DNA of 22,654 nt from Andalucia godoyi And28 (taxonomy: Eukaryota > Protista > Jakobida): assembly GCA_009859145.1 (NCBI GenBank), contig VRVR01000066.1:73910-96563 (forward strand). Direction: 5' to 3'. A program made the translations under genes and the position numbers. A model generated the notes under the pieces. The model saw only the letters and a program-made list of their open reading frames with translations. It had not been told where the DNA came from and made no database searches. Of this stretch, positions 8,425 through 19,332 are shown piece after piece (position 1 is the first letter of the stretch; the number at the start of each line of letters is the position of its first letter).

Positions 8425-11400
8425 ATGTGCTCTGTCAGTCTCTCCAAGCCTCTCCTTATTTGGGCGGTTTTTCTTATTCTTGCGCAGTGTGTTTTCACGA
8501 CTGCGGCTGGAACAGGAACCGTCTCATGGGGACAGATGAACATCACCGGCTTCCAGCAGCTGGTCTTGCCGCAAAACAGGGTTCTGTTGTATCAGAAAGG
8601 GGGTACTTCTTTACGACTTTGCAGCTTTCCTGATGCATCCTGCCAGGGGCCGTCGTCCATTGCTTTAATTCCTGCTGATTACAAGATTCTGACTGGAATC
8701 TCGATTACTGGGCAGCCAGAAAAGGTTGCACTGATCCTCGCGACGTGTACTTCTTCAACGTGTAAGTCATATGCTACTATTTGCAACGCATCACTGTCCG
8801 CGTGCAGTCCAATGGCCTATATTATGCAGAACCCTGGACAGTCGGTATTTCTTGGAGTGCACGACCCCTACCAGAACGTTCTTATTGTTTCCATCATGTC
8901 TTCTGGGGTTTTCCAATATTTCTACCATTTCTATGTTCCACTCGACGCACAGGGCAACATACCACCAGCGGTATCCGCACAGAGCATCATGGGTCTGTCT
9001 TTGAATAGACAGATTTTTCCGTCCTTACAAATTGTGCCCGTGCGTGGATACTGGTACATTGGGTATTCGATTTCTGCATCAATGCAAATCAGTCTGGGTA
9101 CTTCAAACGACTTGGGGAGCACTTGGAGCTACCAAACAACGACCTGTGACGATTCCTTCGCTCTCACCGGTATATATTGTGGCTCCGTGGTTCCAAACAA
9201 GAATATGCTGAAAGTGAGCTGCCCTCACAATGGGGATCCCTCCATGTGCATTTATGCGGCCTTGAATTCGGGTTATTTATTCCGGATTAATCTTCTAACA
9301 GCGCAGTTTTCAGTCCTGAGTCCGCAGTATTTGAGAGGATTCGACGTCTTTTCTGATGTCTCTTCTGTGTCGGGATCGAGTCCAAGGAAGTTCCTTGCGA
9401 CTTCACTTGCCACATTGGCGACCGTTCCTTCTCCGTCATGTAGAACGAACATCTGGCATTCTGTGGATAATTTTGAAAGTGTTGCAAATGTCACGGCGGC
9501 CGTGCTTCCTTCTGCTGCCGTTTCTAGCTGCATTCTGGACATGATTTCTACGTCATCTGCCTCCAGCAACATGACCTTCATGGTTACGTATCTCCGTGGA
9601 GAGACCACTCTCTGGTTCTCAACAGATTTTTCAGACTATGTTCCTGTCATCTTGAAATCGTGGGCTCCGGCCGTGTCGATCGGACTTTCAAACTTTTCAA
9701 ATCCCTTCGAAAACCAGTTTCATCATGGCTTTATGGTGAAGTATCCCAGCTACGATTGTAACATGAGAAGGCAGTTTGTTCTTGCGGGGCATTGGACTGT
9801 GGTATGGTGTGATGCGGAAACGGAACTTTTCGGAGCGTCAAGCACTGTTTTGCAGTATGGCTTCTCCTGTTCACGAGGCTTCAGCATGTTTCCGGATTTG
9901 ATTTTTGGCGCAACTATGGAGCGAATCACAAGATGGGGGGAAAGCTCCGCGCTTACATATCTGTTTACGGCAATGCGCGCATCGGAAAACGTTTTTCCAG
10001 CTGTGAAAGTATTTACCGGTCCTGGCGTGATGCTATCGCAGTGCAACCTTACTACAACCCCACATGAAAGCGATTGGGTTGCACCTCAACAGTCGCTTGT
10101 TCACGACTCCATCAATGGTGTCATTTGGCTGGCATACAACTCCTTCTCGAATTCGTCCGGATGGACAGCTACTCTCAAAGTCGGGCACTGTTACCACAAT
10201 GGCTCTTCGGACTTCCTTTCTCGTTCCGTCCCGACCAGTGCTCCTGGCTACGGTCCGCTGACACAGATCTGTGCTGTGTATGCGCACGACGCCGTCGGCT
10301 CCATTCTCGCTGTTTTCCGAACAGCAAACGCTGTAGCTCCGTTCTCGGCCTGTCATCTGATCTATATGTCCACAGACGCTGGATTGCATTTCAATGGCAC
10401 AAGGGCGGGATGGAATCCATTCCCGTTCCCGATGTGCGGCCCCAAAAACTTGGATCGCATGAGTTGCTCTCAAGATCCAGATACAGCCTTCAAGTGTATT
10501 GCTGCGTTTCGAGACAGTTCGCAGACATTGTACTGGATGGATTTGAAGACCGGCGATTTCGGGCCTTCATATCTTCCGCCAGGGATCAGCCAAACCAACA
10601 CATCCATCGATGCCACAATCAGTTTTGCGACGAATGGTCTTGTTTTCGTTTCCATTTCGATCTGGAAACTAGACCGAGCCGGACGGCGGTCTCTTTTTGT
10701 TGGATCACAAAACCTTGTCTCGTCTGATTATGGAGTGTCCTTTGGCTTGGCGGAAACGTATTTCTCATCGCTTGGCATGGTATTTCCGTTCTCGCCCTTG
10801 AGCTGGATGAATTCCTCCGTATTTTCACTTCCTCTGTCTTCGGACACGGGAGATTTACTCCTTGCTCTTGGGCATCCTGAAGCGTCTCTTGACAGCGGTT
10901 CGCAGCCATCACTTCTTTCTGTTGTTTACAGCGCGAATGCCCTCGGAGAGCCTGATTTCAACTTCTCTCAAGCGAGACCCTCGTTGGGCCTCAATATTTC
11001 GGTGCCTGGAGTAGTAGGTAATACGTTCTACTTTGGATTTCCGTACTATATTACATGGACTATCTCTAATTCGGAAGCGCCAGCCTTTCCCCTGGTGGAT
11101 TCGTTTACTCTTTCCCTGGTGTCTTCCAGTGATCAACTTCTCGGCCGAATTGTGACGTCTTTGAAGATGTCTCTGAACGCAGAGCGAGCTCAGTCAACTA
11201 CGTTCACCATGCAGATCTACAATGCTGTCTTAGGTGGATTCTCCGTGTCTCCAGGACAAGTTTTCTGCTTCCAAGTCTCTCTGGATGGAACGTCGCAGTC
11301 AGCGAAGAGCACACTTTTGGTAGCGACTCCGTATCTCTCCTTGCCAGGCATTTCCGAAACCACCATGTTGACCAGTGCATTGTACGCTACACAAACACTC

Positions 11401-14361
11401 TTGTATGCGGGTGGTTTTCCGGATGGAACGACCGTTACACCATCCCTTACATTCCATTCTCTCTGCAATTCAACCGCTCTTCGACGCATAGTTGCAGGTT
11501 ACGAACAAAACATTGGTGGACCTTACCCGCCAACTTCGCTTTCCCTGTTTTTGCCCTGTTTGACATACCAACAGGATTTTAACGATTCGACGAAATTTCA
11601 AATTCAGTTGCGAACAAATCAAAATCCTCCGTTCGTCTACAACTCTTCCCAGTTCATGATGGCACGATGCATCCGTCTTTCATTTCTAAGTCCTGTGGAT
11701 GGCGCTTACTATGTTGTGAATGACTCAGTGCTTGTATCTTGGACAGTTTCTGGAAGCTTGTTGCCGACGGATACGGGGTCGTTGGTTGATCTCAGCACCG
11801 GCAATTTCTTGGCGAAACATTTCTCTCTCAATAGCTCTTCTACAGGGAGTTTCTCGTGGAAGATCCCCATTTCCTTTCAGGGGATGACGGTACAGCTGAA
11901 ATTCATCTTTGACAGCACGGGAGCCGAATTCCTTGGTCCCTCTTTTGTGGTTCAAAGGCTAGCAAAATCTCTGGATGTGTTGTATCCCACTTACTTGTCG
12001 CAGTTTCCATACGGTATTCAAGATCTCCAAATCAGCTGGATATCCTCTGGTTTGGATGCGTCGGATTACATTTCGGTTATCCAACTTCTGTGCAGCGGTA
12101 GCAGTGGAGAACCCCCGGTTGTTGCCTCGCAGGTCCCCTGTCTGAACGGCTATGTCGTTGTCTCCACTGGTCCATCGTATGGTCAATGCTATTTCCGGCT
12201 CACTGTTCCTTCCCTGCTTTTGAGTTTTGTGTATTCAGATGTTTTCTCCATCTCAAAATCTCTCCCAACGAACATTCGGCTGACTGTACCGCTTCCGAAC
12301 AGCACGTGGACTGTTACTAGCGGGGAATCGTCATTTCTTGTCTCTTGGATCACTGAAAACACGGGTCCGTCGACCGTTGCATTGCACCTGGAGTGCCGTA
12401 GTCGAGGTCTTAACATTCTTCTTGGATCTGGTTACGATGGCTCCCTTTCGACCTCAGCTGTTGACACATTTTTGTCTTCCTTTACAGTCGGCCTTCCAGA
12501 TGACATTTATGGCTGCTCCATTGTTGCAGACCTGTCTGATATGATGGGCACTGTGCTGGCCACATCCACATCACCACTTTATGTGCAGGTCTCGTCGGAT
12601 TCCGGGCCCTCCTCCATCAGCCTGATTCTGTTATCGCCGTCCTCTGTCGCGTCTCAGTCTGTTGCCTGGATTGCGGAAAGTGTTGGCTATGTGTCTTGGG
12701 GCTCGGATGGCATGGGGTTATCTGACCGTGTCGCTGTGTATGTTCAAGACACACAGAGCGGAACGATGACGTTGCTGACAGATGGTGACGGAGTGCTTGT
12801 TTTGCAAGGCTGGGCACAGGTGTGGATTCCTTCAGCGTTGGGAGGATCGGCCGTGCGCATTGTCTTGGTTGTCAGCAGTTATTCCATTGCTACTCCGGCA
12901 ACAGACTCCGCATTGATTTCTGTCTTATCCGCCCAATCAGCATCTGTCATTGTGCTTCCTGCCCCGACAGTTGCCTCCGCTGCACTTCAAACAATCTCGG
13001 AAGTTCTTGTCATGTTTGGCGGGCCCCCGGGTGGCATCGACATTCCACTCAGTCGGGTTCAGTTTACGCTATTTCGGGGAACGTCATGTGGGCAACAAAA
13101 AGTGTTAAGCTCACGAAGTACTGCAGTCATTCCTGGACCGATTGTTTTTCCACTTCAAAAGGAAAATCAGAACTTCGAGTATTCCGTCGCTGCCGTTTTA
13201 TACGCCGCGTCCGAAAGTGTACCCTCCTCATCGCCCTCTCAATGCCTGGGTGTGATCAATGCGCCGACACAACGTTCTTATCCGTTTCAGCTTAGCATTC
13301 AGTATCCTCTTGACGGTGCAGTTCTTTCGTATCCCGCGACAGCAAATACTTTCCTTGTTTCCGTTTCTTGGACCGTTACTGCGTTGGTTCCAGGAACTGA
13401 AATGCCGTTGAGCAATGTGATATGGAAGGTGTCACTGTTGTCCTGGTCTCTGGAAGTCCTGGCTGTCACAACTATGACCAGTTCTGCCTCGAGTATGTCT
13501 GGGACATTACAGACAGTGTGCAACGTCCCAGGTGCGGCAGCTCCGAATGTCAAGCTCATGAAGATCGAATCGACATCACTGCCCACTGTGTTTCAACCGC
13601 TTCTAGTATCCGTGGAGATGATTCCACTGATCATCGTTCACTCGTTGTCCGGCCTCGCGCCGTCGTCTCTGGATGCGCTTGCTGCTGTCGATGACAATGG
13701 AAACATGCTTGGACTGCCAGCGGGATGTCTGGATCATTCCTCTTTCCAGCCATCTGTATCAATGGACGTCCAGCCCAATGCAAACCCAGATCGAAGCGTA
13801 TCCAAACTTGTGTTTCAGGTCAGTATTTCGCTTTCTCAGTCCGCACCCTTCGGACCCTCGGAAGCTCTTCAGGCTCTGATTTCCCCACTTTCTGCGACGC
13901 TGCCTCTTCCTTCGACCTCTACGAATTGCTCACTCATGTCTTGGACCGTTGTGGCTACATATGACGGTTACAGTGCAATCATTTCGTCGTCAGATTTCTT
14001 TATTTCGGAATGCTCCATCGTATCGTTGATCATCCGGCCCGAAATGGTGCGATCTTTAATCAGGACAGACTTTAGTGCGAATGTGCGATCCACAGCATCG
14101 TCGTCCATTACCTTTGCAGTCGAGGGGAAACATCTGGAATCGCAAGCACCAAATGACGGCGGCAGCAGTGGATCCGAATCGCCAGTTGTCGGTATTGTAG
14201 TTGGAGTCATCGTTGCAGTTGTGGTGCTTGTTCTTGCTGTTGTGGGAGGGATTATATTCAAAAAACGCCGCTCAGCACAGAATCGTCAGTTGAATCCGGA
14301 TGTCAGCTCTCAGATGACACAGGAATTGATCGCTGCCCATTCTGATAACGACAACTTATGA
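8425..14361 (+). CDS. 1978-aa type I membrane protein: signal peptide, Asp-box (BNR) beta-propeller region, tandem Ig-like modules, single TM helix, short tail
   Basis: Uninterrupted 5.9-kb ORF with an N-terminal signal (LLIWAVFLILAQCVF). Asp-boxes SNDLGSTW (9103), STDAGLHF (10369) and SSDYGVSF (10720). Repeated l-x-i-x-x-P...i-s-W modules start at about 10981, 11671, 11968, 12271, 12619 and 13288. TM at 14185-14259 is followed by KKRR. Confidence 0.93.
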   Translation: MCSVSLSKPLLIWAVFLILAQCVFTTAAGTGTVSWGQMNITGFQQLVLPQNRVLLYQKGGTSLRLCSFPDASCQGPSSIALIPADYKILTGISITGQPEKVALILATCTSSTCKSYATICNASLSACSPMAYIMQNPGQSVFLGVHDPYQNVLIVSIMSSGVFQYFYHFYVPLDAQGNIPPAVSAQSIMGLSLNRQIFPSLQIVPVRGYWYIGYSISASMQISLGTSNDLGSTWSYQTTTCDDSFALTGIYCGSVVPNKNMLKVSCPHNGDPSMCIYAALNSGYLFRINLLTAQFSVLSPQYLRGFDVFSDVSSVSGSSPRKFLATSLATLATVPSPSCRTNIWHSVDNFESVANVTAAVLPSAAVSSCILDMISTSSASSNMTFMVTYLRGETTLWFSTDFSDYVPVILKSWAPAVSIGLSNFSNPFENQFHHGFMVKYPSYDCNMRRQFVLAGHWTVVWCDAETELFGASSTVLQYGFSCSRGFSMFPDLIFGATMERITRWGESSALTYLFTAMRASENVFPAVKVFTGPGVMLSQCNLTTTPHESDWVAPQQSLVHDSINGVIWLAYNSFSNSSGWTATLKVGHCYHNGSSDFLSRSVPTSAPGYGPLTQICAVYAHDAVGSILAVFRTANAVAPFSACHLIYMSTDAGLHFNGTRAGWNPFPFPMCGPKNLDRMSCSQDPDTAFKCIAAFRDSSQTLYWMDLKTGDFGPSYLPPGISQTNTSIDATISFATNGLVFVSISIWKLDRAGRRSLFVGSQNLVSSDYGVSFGLAETYFSSLGMVFPFSPLSWMNSSVFSLPLSSDTGDLLLALGHPEASLDSGSQPSLLSVVYSANALGEPDFNFSQARPSLGLNISVPGVVGNTFYFGFPYYITWTISNSEAPAFPLVDSFTLSLVSSSDQLLGRIVTSLKMSLNAERAQSTTFTMQIYNAVLGGFSVSPGQVFCFQVSLDGTSQSAKSTLLVATPYLSLPGISETTMLTSALYATQTLLYAGGFPDGTTVTPSLTFHSLCNSTALRRIVAGYEQNIGGPYPPTSLSLFLPCLTYQQDFNDSTKFQIQLRTNQNPPFVYNSSQFMMARCIRLSFLSPVDGAYYVVNDSVLVSWTVSGSLLPTDTGSLVDLSTGNFLAKHFSLNSSSTGSFSWKIPISFQGMTVQLKFIFDSTGAEFLGPSFVVQRLAKSLDVLYPTYLSQFPYGIQDLQISWISSGLDASDYISVIQLLCSGSSGEPPVVASQVPCLNGYVVVSTGPSYGQCYFRLTVPSLLLSFVYSDVFSISKSLPTNIRLTVPLPNSTWTVTSGESSFLVSWITENTGPSTVALHLECRSRGLNILLGSGYDGSLSTSAVDTFLSSFTVGLPDDIYGCSIVADLSDMMGTVLATSTSPLYVQVSSDSGPSSISLILLSPSSVASQSVAWIAESVGYVSWGSDGMGLSDRVAVYVQDTQSGTMTLLTDGDGVLVLQGWAQVWIPSALGGSAVRIVLVVSSYSIATPATDSALISVLSAQSASVIVLPAPTVASAALQTISEVLVMFGGPPGGIDIPLSRVQFTLFRGTSCGQQKVLSSRSTAVIPGPIVFPLQKENQNFEYSVAAVLYAASESVPSSSPSQCLGVINAPTQRSYPFQLSIQYPLDGAVLSYPATANTFLVSVSWTVTALVPGTEMPLSNVIWKVSLLSWSLEVLAVTTMTSSASSMSGTLQTVCNVPGAAAPNVKLMKIESTSLPTVFQPLLVSVEMIPLIIVHSLSGLAPSSLDALAAVDDNGNMLGLPAGCLDHSSFQPSVSMDVQPNANPDRSVSKLVFQVSISLSQSAPFGPSEALQALISPLSATLPLPSTSTNCSLMSWTVVATYDGYSAIISSSDFFISECSIVSLIIRPEMVRSLIRTDFSANVRSTASSSITFAVEGKHLESQAPNDGGSSGSESPVVGIVVGVIVAVVVLVLAVVGGIIFKKRRSAQNRQLNPDVSSQMTQELIAAHSDNDNL

Positions 14362-14460
14362 ATGGTGGAGTTCTCTGTTTTTAAATAAACTGCAACAATC
14401 ATTGCTCTACACACGTCTGAAACAGAAAATGAGAGGGGACTGGCAAATTATCCGTCGGAA

Positions 14461-15418
14461 TTACCAACCTCGGACTGTTTTTCTTGCAAACACTACCATC
14501 TTGTGGTTAGCAAGTTCGCGAGTGCAGTCGGAATCGCATTGCTCATTCAGGGCAATGCATCTGCCAGCTTCATCGTCGAGGAAAGTTTGAAGATAGTCCT
14601 GCTTCGGGTTACAAAGCAGATCTTTGTTAATTGAACAGAAAGAAAGAGTAAAAGGAAAGACAGAAGAAATGCAAAAGTGGCGCTCTTGGAAAATTGCGAT
14701 CGTGAATGACCATTTCGAGTATTCTCGTATTTCCCAGCACACCAGGAATGTGAACATGAACGTAGGGATCAATTTTCCACCATTCGACTTCAGGGAGAGT
14801 AGATTCTTCCAATGAACGGGATGCTCTTTCTTCGTATCGGCGACTGTGTTGCAGGAGGAACATTACAGAGTCCGTCGCCTCGTCGTATAGAAATGACTGC
14901 AGCTGAGGAAACAATGTGCTCGGGATATCGAACTTCTCCTCCAAGAAACGAGTGGCGTTCATAAACAGCGATGTTACGAATCGGAAGGTAATGCGCAACT
15001 GAACAGGAACTGCTCCAAGGTGGGCATTCTGGGGAACAGTGCGGACGAGCTGCAGAATGGTATGCACAGCAACATCAACGTCCCAAATATCGACGTTGGA
15101 ATTCATTCGAGAGGATGGGAGGCGTATTTTATGTAGTTGGTCGAAATGAAGCAGTCTGAGGAAATATTGTTTTGAAAGAAAGCGACGAGAATATTCGAGA
15201 AACACGGGAAAATGGAGACCATGAAAAAACCAGCAGCAGGTGCGCGCACTTGCACTCGGTGAACTATGTTCGAGATAGACGACATTTGCGAACAAAGTTC
15301 GGAGGTGTTTGTTAAGCTCCGTCCAGTGATGAGTGGGATCTCTCCTGTAAGAATCAGCAAATCCGAAGATTCTCGAGAAGAATCGAAAAACTGCGAGTAA
15401 CAAGACCAACTCATTCAT
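14461..15418 (-). CDS. Hypothetical protein, probably two exons (15418-14743 and 14621-14461)
   Basis: Long open frame from ATG 15418, which overlaps the Top2 stop. The unspliced ORF ends at 14627 in a Phe-rich run that coincides with a pyrimidine tract; splicing gives ...HVHIP-DLLCNPKQDYLQTFLDDE...RGW*. No family recognised and the start is uncertain. Confidence 0.5.
14622..14742 (-). other. Candidate 121-nt spliceosomal intron
   Basis: CCTG|GTGTGC donor, long pyrimidine tract, TTAAC branch-like motif and AAAG| acceptor. The phase matches the downstream 14461-14772 frame. Confidence 0.4.
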
Positions 15419-18400
15419 ACATGTCCGGTACACCGAAGTCATCTTCGAAATCGTCTTCGTCGGACGACATGTCCTTGCGCGCTCGTTTGCGCAGACCTGC
15501 CTGCTTTTTGGAAAACAGCGAAGCAATGCGCTCCTTTGTGTTTCCAAGGGCTGCTGACTGCTCAAGTTTCGGCGGCTTGACAACCGGCGGCGCCTGCAGT
15601 GTCTTCAGTTTCCGCGGCACCTTCGCGCCTTCCACAACAGTCTCGGGCATACGAGCTTTCCACTCTTGCTGGAAACGGTCCAATTCGGCAATCCACATCT
15701 CTTCTGCGCTTCTAGACTCCAATGCACGACAGGCTTCTTCACTGGCAGACGCTCGCTCGCGCACCTCCGCCACCCGCACCGACGCGACATTGAGATCACG
15801 CAGCAGGTAGTCGAACGATCCATTCACCCTTGCAAGGCCTGCTGCTTCGAGGTCGGGCGACGGATCAAGCCCGTCGAGGTTTGCAAGCACGACCGTCTGC
15901 ACCAAAGCACGATTCTCGACATAATGCATAATGCTTCGAAGTCGGACTGCTTCCAACCGTTTTTGCTCGAGGATCACCTGCTTGCGTCGGCGGTACAATT
16001 CCAGCCGAGCAGGCACGAAGGCACGAAGGATGTCGCATGGATGCGCGAACTTGCGAATCCGAAGACCCTCTCCATCTGTGGAAAACAAATGGACATTCGA
16101 AAACGACACTTGCCCTTGCAGTCTCATCAGTTTGTATACATCGCGACTCATTAGATCCCTGACATCCTCGGAATTATGGAACTGGATGTGCAGACAAACG
16201 CGATTCTCCTCGCTCAGGTTCTGCGCGTCCTGAAATGGACCGACTTTGTTCTTCAGGCTTCGGTCCACCATCCACTTCTGCAACTGCTCAAACATCGGCT
16301 GAACCCATGTATGAACAGGAAGCTCCGAAATCTGCAGCGTACGCGGACCATCGCGCTTCAAGCGACCAAAGTTTGCCCATGAACATGGAGTTCCTTCGAG
16401 AGGAACGATCTCTCCCGTGAAGCCTGCATACCACGGTGCCCATCCCGTACCGAAATGCTTCTCATACCGGTCCATCTCACCTTCCACTGGAGCAGCGGAA
16501 TCGAGGAGGAAGGCTTTCAGGCGCTGGGCGAGATCACCGGGATGAAAGCTCGGCACTTCCGTCGAAAACCCAGTCCCAATGCCGCGGGCACCATTCACAA
16601 GGATCATGGGCATGATGGGGAGCATGACTTTCGGCTCGACGTTTTGTCCCTCTTCCGAAAAATACTCCAACAAAGCAAGGTCGTCAGTTGGAAACAGAAT
16701 GCGTGCAATTGGATCCAGCCGCGTGAAAATGTAACGCGGCTTTGCGGCATCCTCGCCACCCATCAATCGGCTTCCAAACTGACCAACAGGCACGAGCAAG
16801 GGGACATTGTTGCTTCCCACAAACGACTGGGCCATGCCGATAATCGTTTCACCCAACGACGCCTCTCCGTGGTGATACTTGGTTTGCCGAACGACCATGC
16901 CAATCAATTCCGACACGCGCATGTCCTCTCCATCGCCATCGTGTCGCAACAGCGTGTACAGCACCTTGCGCTGTGCAGGAGTCAGTCCGTCCAGCACATT
17001 CGGAATCGACCGAATGCAATCGTACAAACTCGAGGACACCATCTCCTTTTGTAAGAAATGGTCCATTGTGATCGTTTCGGCAGCAATCTCGGAGATGCTG
17101 ACATCGAGCAGGGCAGCATCGACCGTTTCCTGCTCTTTCCAGCACTCTTCCAGTACCTTGCGCCGCTCTTCGGCCTTCTTTTCCGAAAAGAAAACATCCA
17201 GCATCGACCGGTTTGTATCCGCGAAAAGAAACGAGCGTTCATAATCCTGCGGTCGCTCAAAATACCGACGGCCTTCTTCCGTCGTCGAAGTTCCCAGTCC
17301 CTTGTAGTACTTGACACGCCACGCACGCTGCTGGTCCAAGGCAAGTCCTCCAAACCACGTTCGGAACTGGCGCAACGCAAAGAACTCCTGGAAGTCAGTG
17401 CCATTCGAATGAACTGCTCGGATAATCGGAGTCCGCAGTTCTTTCAAGAAATCCGGAATGCGAACGACCAAGTGTGGCCAGAAGAACTGGAAGAAGTTCA
17501 GCAACAGACCCTTGATGTGCAACCCGTCATGATCCTGGTCGGTCATCAACACCACGTGGCCATAGTGCAACGTATTCAGCTCGGCATCGTTGTCGTAAAC
17601 AAGATCGAAACTGAGATTGAGTGCCTTCACAATGTTTTTCACTTCTTCGTTGTCCAGGACATCTTCCCGCGAGACTTCGCAGACGTTTAGAAACTTGCCC
17701 CGCAGCGGGTACACGCCAAAATGTCTCTTTTGATCGGTCGACAAAGAATTGCTCACCAGCGCCATGGCCGAGTCGCCCTCCGTCAAGATCAAGGAACACT
17801 GGCGCCGCTGGTCTGTTCCCGCAAGAGCCGCATTCTGCAGCTTGGGAACATCAAGAGCGCTGCCGACGCGGAGGTTCGAAAAGCGGATGTCTTCCTGTTT
17901 TAATTTCTGAATGATGGCCTTGGTCACACTCTCAACGAAGCGATTTTGGACCAGTTTTTGCACAGTCTGCTTCGCAAGGCCTCCGTTCCACACCGGCAAT
18001 TCCGAAAGATTGAGAAACTTGACCAGCTCTTCCTTGGTTTGTGACGAAAACTCGGGATTGTGAAATTGGCAGCAAACAACAACTTGCATGACTTGGCGAA
18101 AATGCGTGAGGTTTGCATTTGCGCATTTCTTCCTCACTTCGTCCGACACCCCGTTGTTCCAGAGCCCATCGATGATCATCTTCACATGCTCGCCGCCACC
18201 GGACGTGAAAATGCCGTTCACAATGGATACTTGTTGCAACTCGCGGCCCAACGGCTGAATGGCGAACACCACCAACAATCGATTAGCAACGATGGGGAGG
18301 AACACGGCATCCGGAAAGAATGCTCTCGCGTACTGCTGTGTTGTCGGCAAAAGATCCGAGCAGTTGAAATCATGCGTCCACGTGCCATCGGAACCACTCC

Positions 18401-19127
18401 GGAAATGCACATGCACGTTGCGCCCGATCATGTGAAGGTACGCAGAAACATCCAAGACCCGTCGAAAGAACAACAAAACGAGATCGTCTGTAATGTGCCC
18501 CAGCCCCATTCGCCCAAGATCGGGGATGAAGATCACACAGACGGAGGGTTGGGAAGCGGATGCGGGATTCAAAACGGGTGGAGTGCACTCGCTCATGTTG
18601 TTGCGCCACTCCTGCTTGTACTCGGTAGTGCCATCGCACAAGTCGACCGAAAACTTGCTTGAGAACACATTGGCAAGCTTGGCCCCGTACCCATTGCGTC
18701 AGCCCACCACACGCGCAGTATTGTCCTCGAAATTCGAGGAGGACATGAATTCGGCAAACACAACTTCCGGGACGTACAAATGGGTTTTCTGGTGATGCGG
18801 CTGCAATTCCACACACCCACCATTGTTGTACACGGAAATGGAATCTGCGTTTCGATCAATTGTAACGCGAATCTCGGTGACACGCGGCTCCTGCACTGCA
18901 AAATCCGAGGCGTTCACCAAAACCTCATCAAAGATCTTGAGAAGCGCCGGAGAGACCTGCACATTCGGGTGCTTGACCATGCATCGAGCATTCACATCAA
19001 AAACCCACGCTTCAACTGGTTTGACAGTGAGCGCGCCGACATACGTATCTGGACGAGTGAGAATGTGCACCCTGTGATCCAGAATTTGCACTCGAGAATT
19101 CGACGAAGATGAAGCAGCGGTTTCCAT
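15411..19127 (-). CDS. TOP2: DNA topoisomerase II (type IIA, single chain), 1238 codons, with one in-frame TGA at 18699-18701
   Basis: HILTRPDTYVG, KIFDEVLVNA, SSNFED, G*RNGYGAKLANVFS (GHKL); LILTEGDSA, PLRGKFLNV, MTDQDHDG (TOPRIM); YYKGLGTS, RSIP..DGL..QRK, YHHGEASL, GQFGSR and PRYIF (catalytic Tyr at 16731-16733). ORFs 18699-19127 and 15411-18668 are in the same frame, 10 codons apart. Confidence 0.96.
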
Positions 19128-19332
19128 GAGAGAAACGCGATGAATGCGATTATCATTGCAGAAAGGAAAGGGAACAGAGGAAAAGGCGGGTTCTGCGACT
19201 TGGTGAGTCGGCGAAATTCAGGAATCCTACCGGTCACTTGATGCACCGTTTTCCCAGACTCACCGATATTTTCCATTTTTCCTCCCTTTTTCTTCGCGTT
19301 TTTTCTTCCATATTTCCCGTGAGGTGTCAAAA
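19128..19332. promoter_or_regulatory. Putative bidirectional promoter between TOP2 and the 19333 ORF
   Basis: 205-nt gap between divergent ATGs. The + strand is purine-rich at 19161-19190 and pyrimidine-rich at 19269-19318, so each ATG has a pyrimidine tract on its own strand. Confidence 0.5.

Noticed and set aside
15391-15420. 30-nt GTATGA...CGCAG intron fusing Top2 to the downstream ORF
   Set aside because: Its removal keeps the Top2 frame, which stops about 11 codons later, so no fusion results.
18699-18701. Selenocysteine at the Top2 UGA
   Set aside because: The position is a structural Gly, not a catalytic Cys, and I saw no SECIS-like element.
18724-18740. TCCTCGAA-A-TTCGAGGA inverted repeat just 5' of the Top2 UGA
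   Set aside because: It encodes the conserved SSNFED motif, lies on the wrong side for a typical readthrough stimulator, and TCGA-centred short palindromes are frequent in this window.
15421-19112. + strand ORFs such as 17058-17690, 18060-18662 and 16455-17054
   Set aside because: They are antisense shadows of TOP2.
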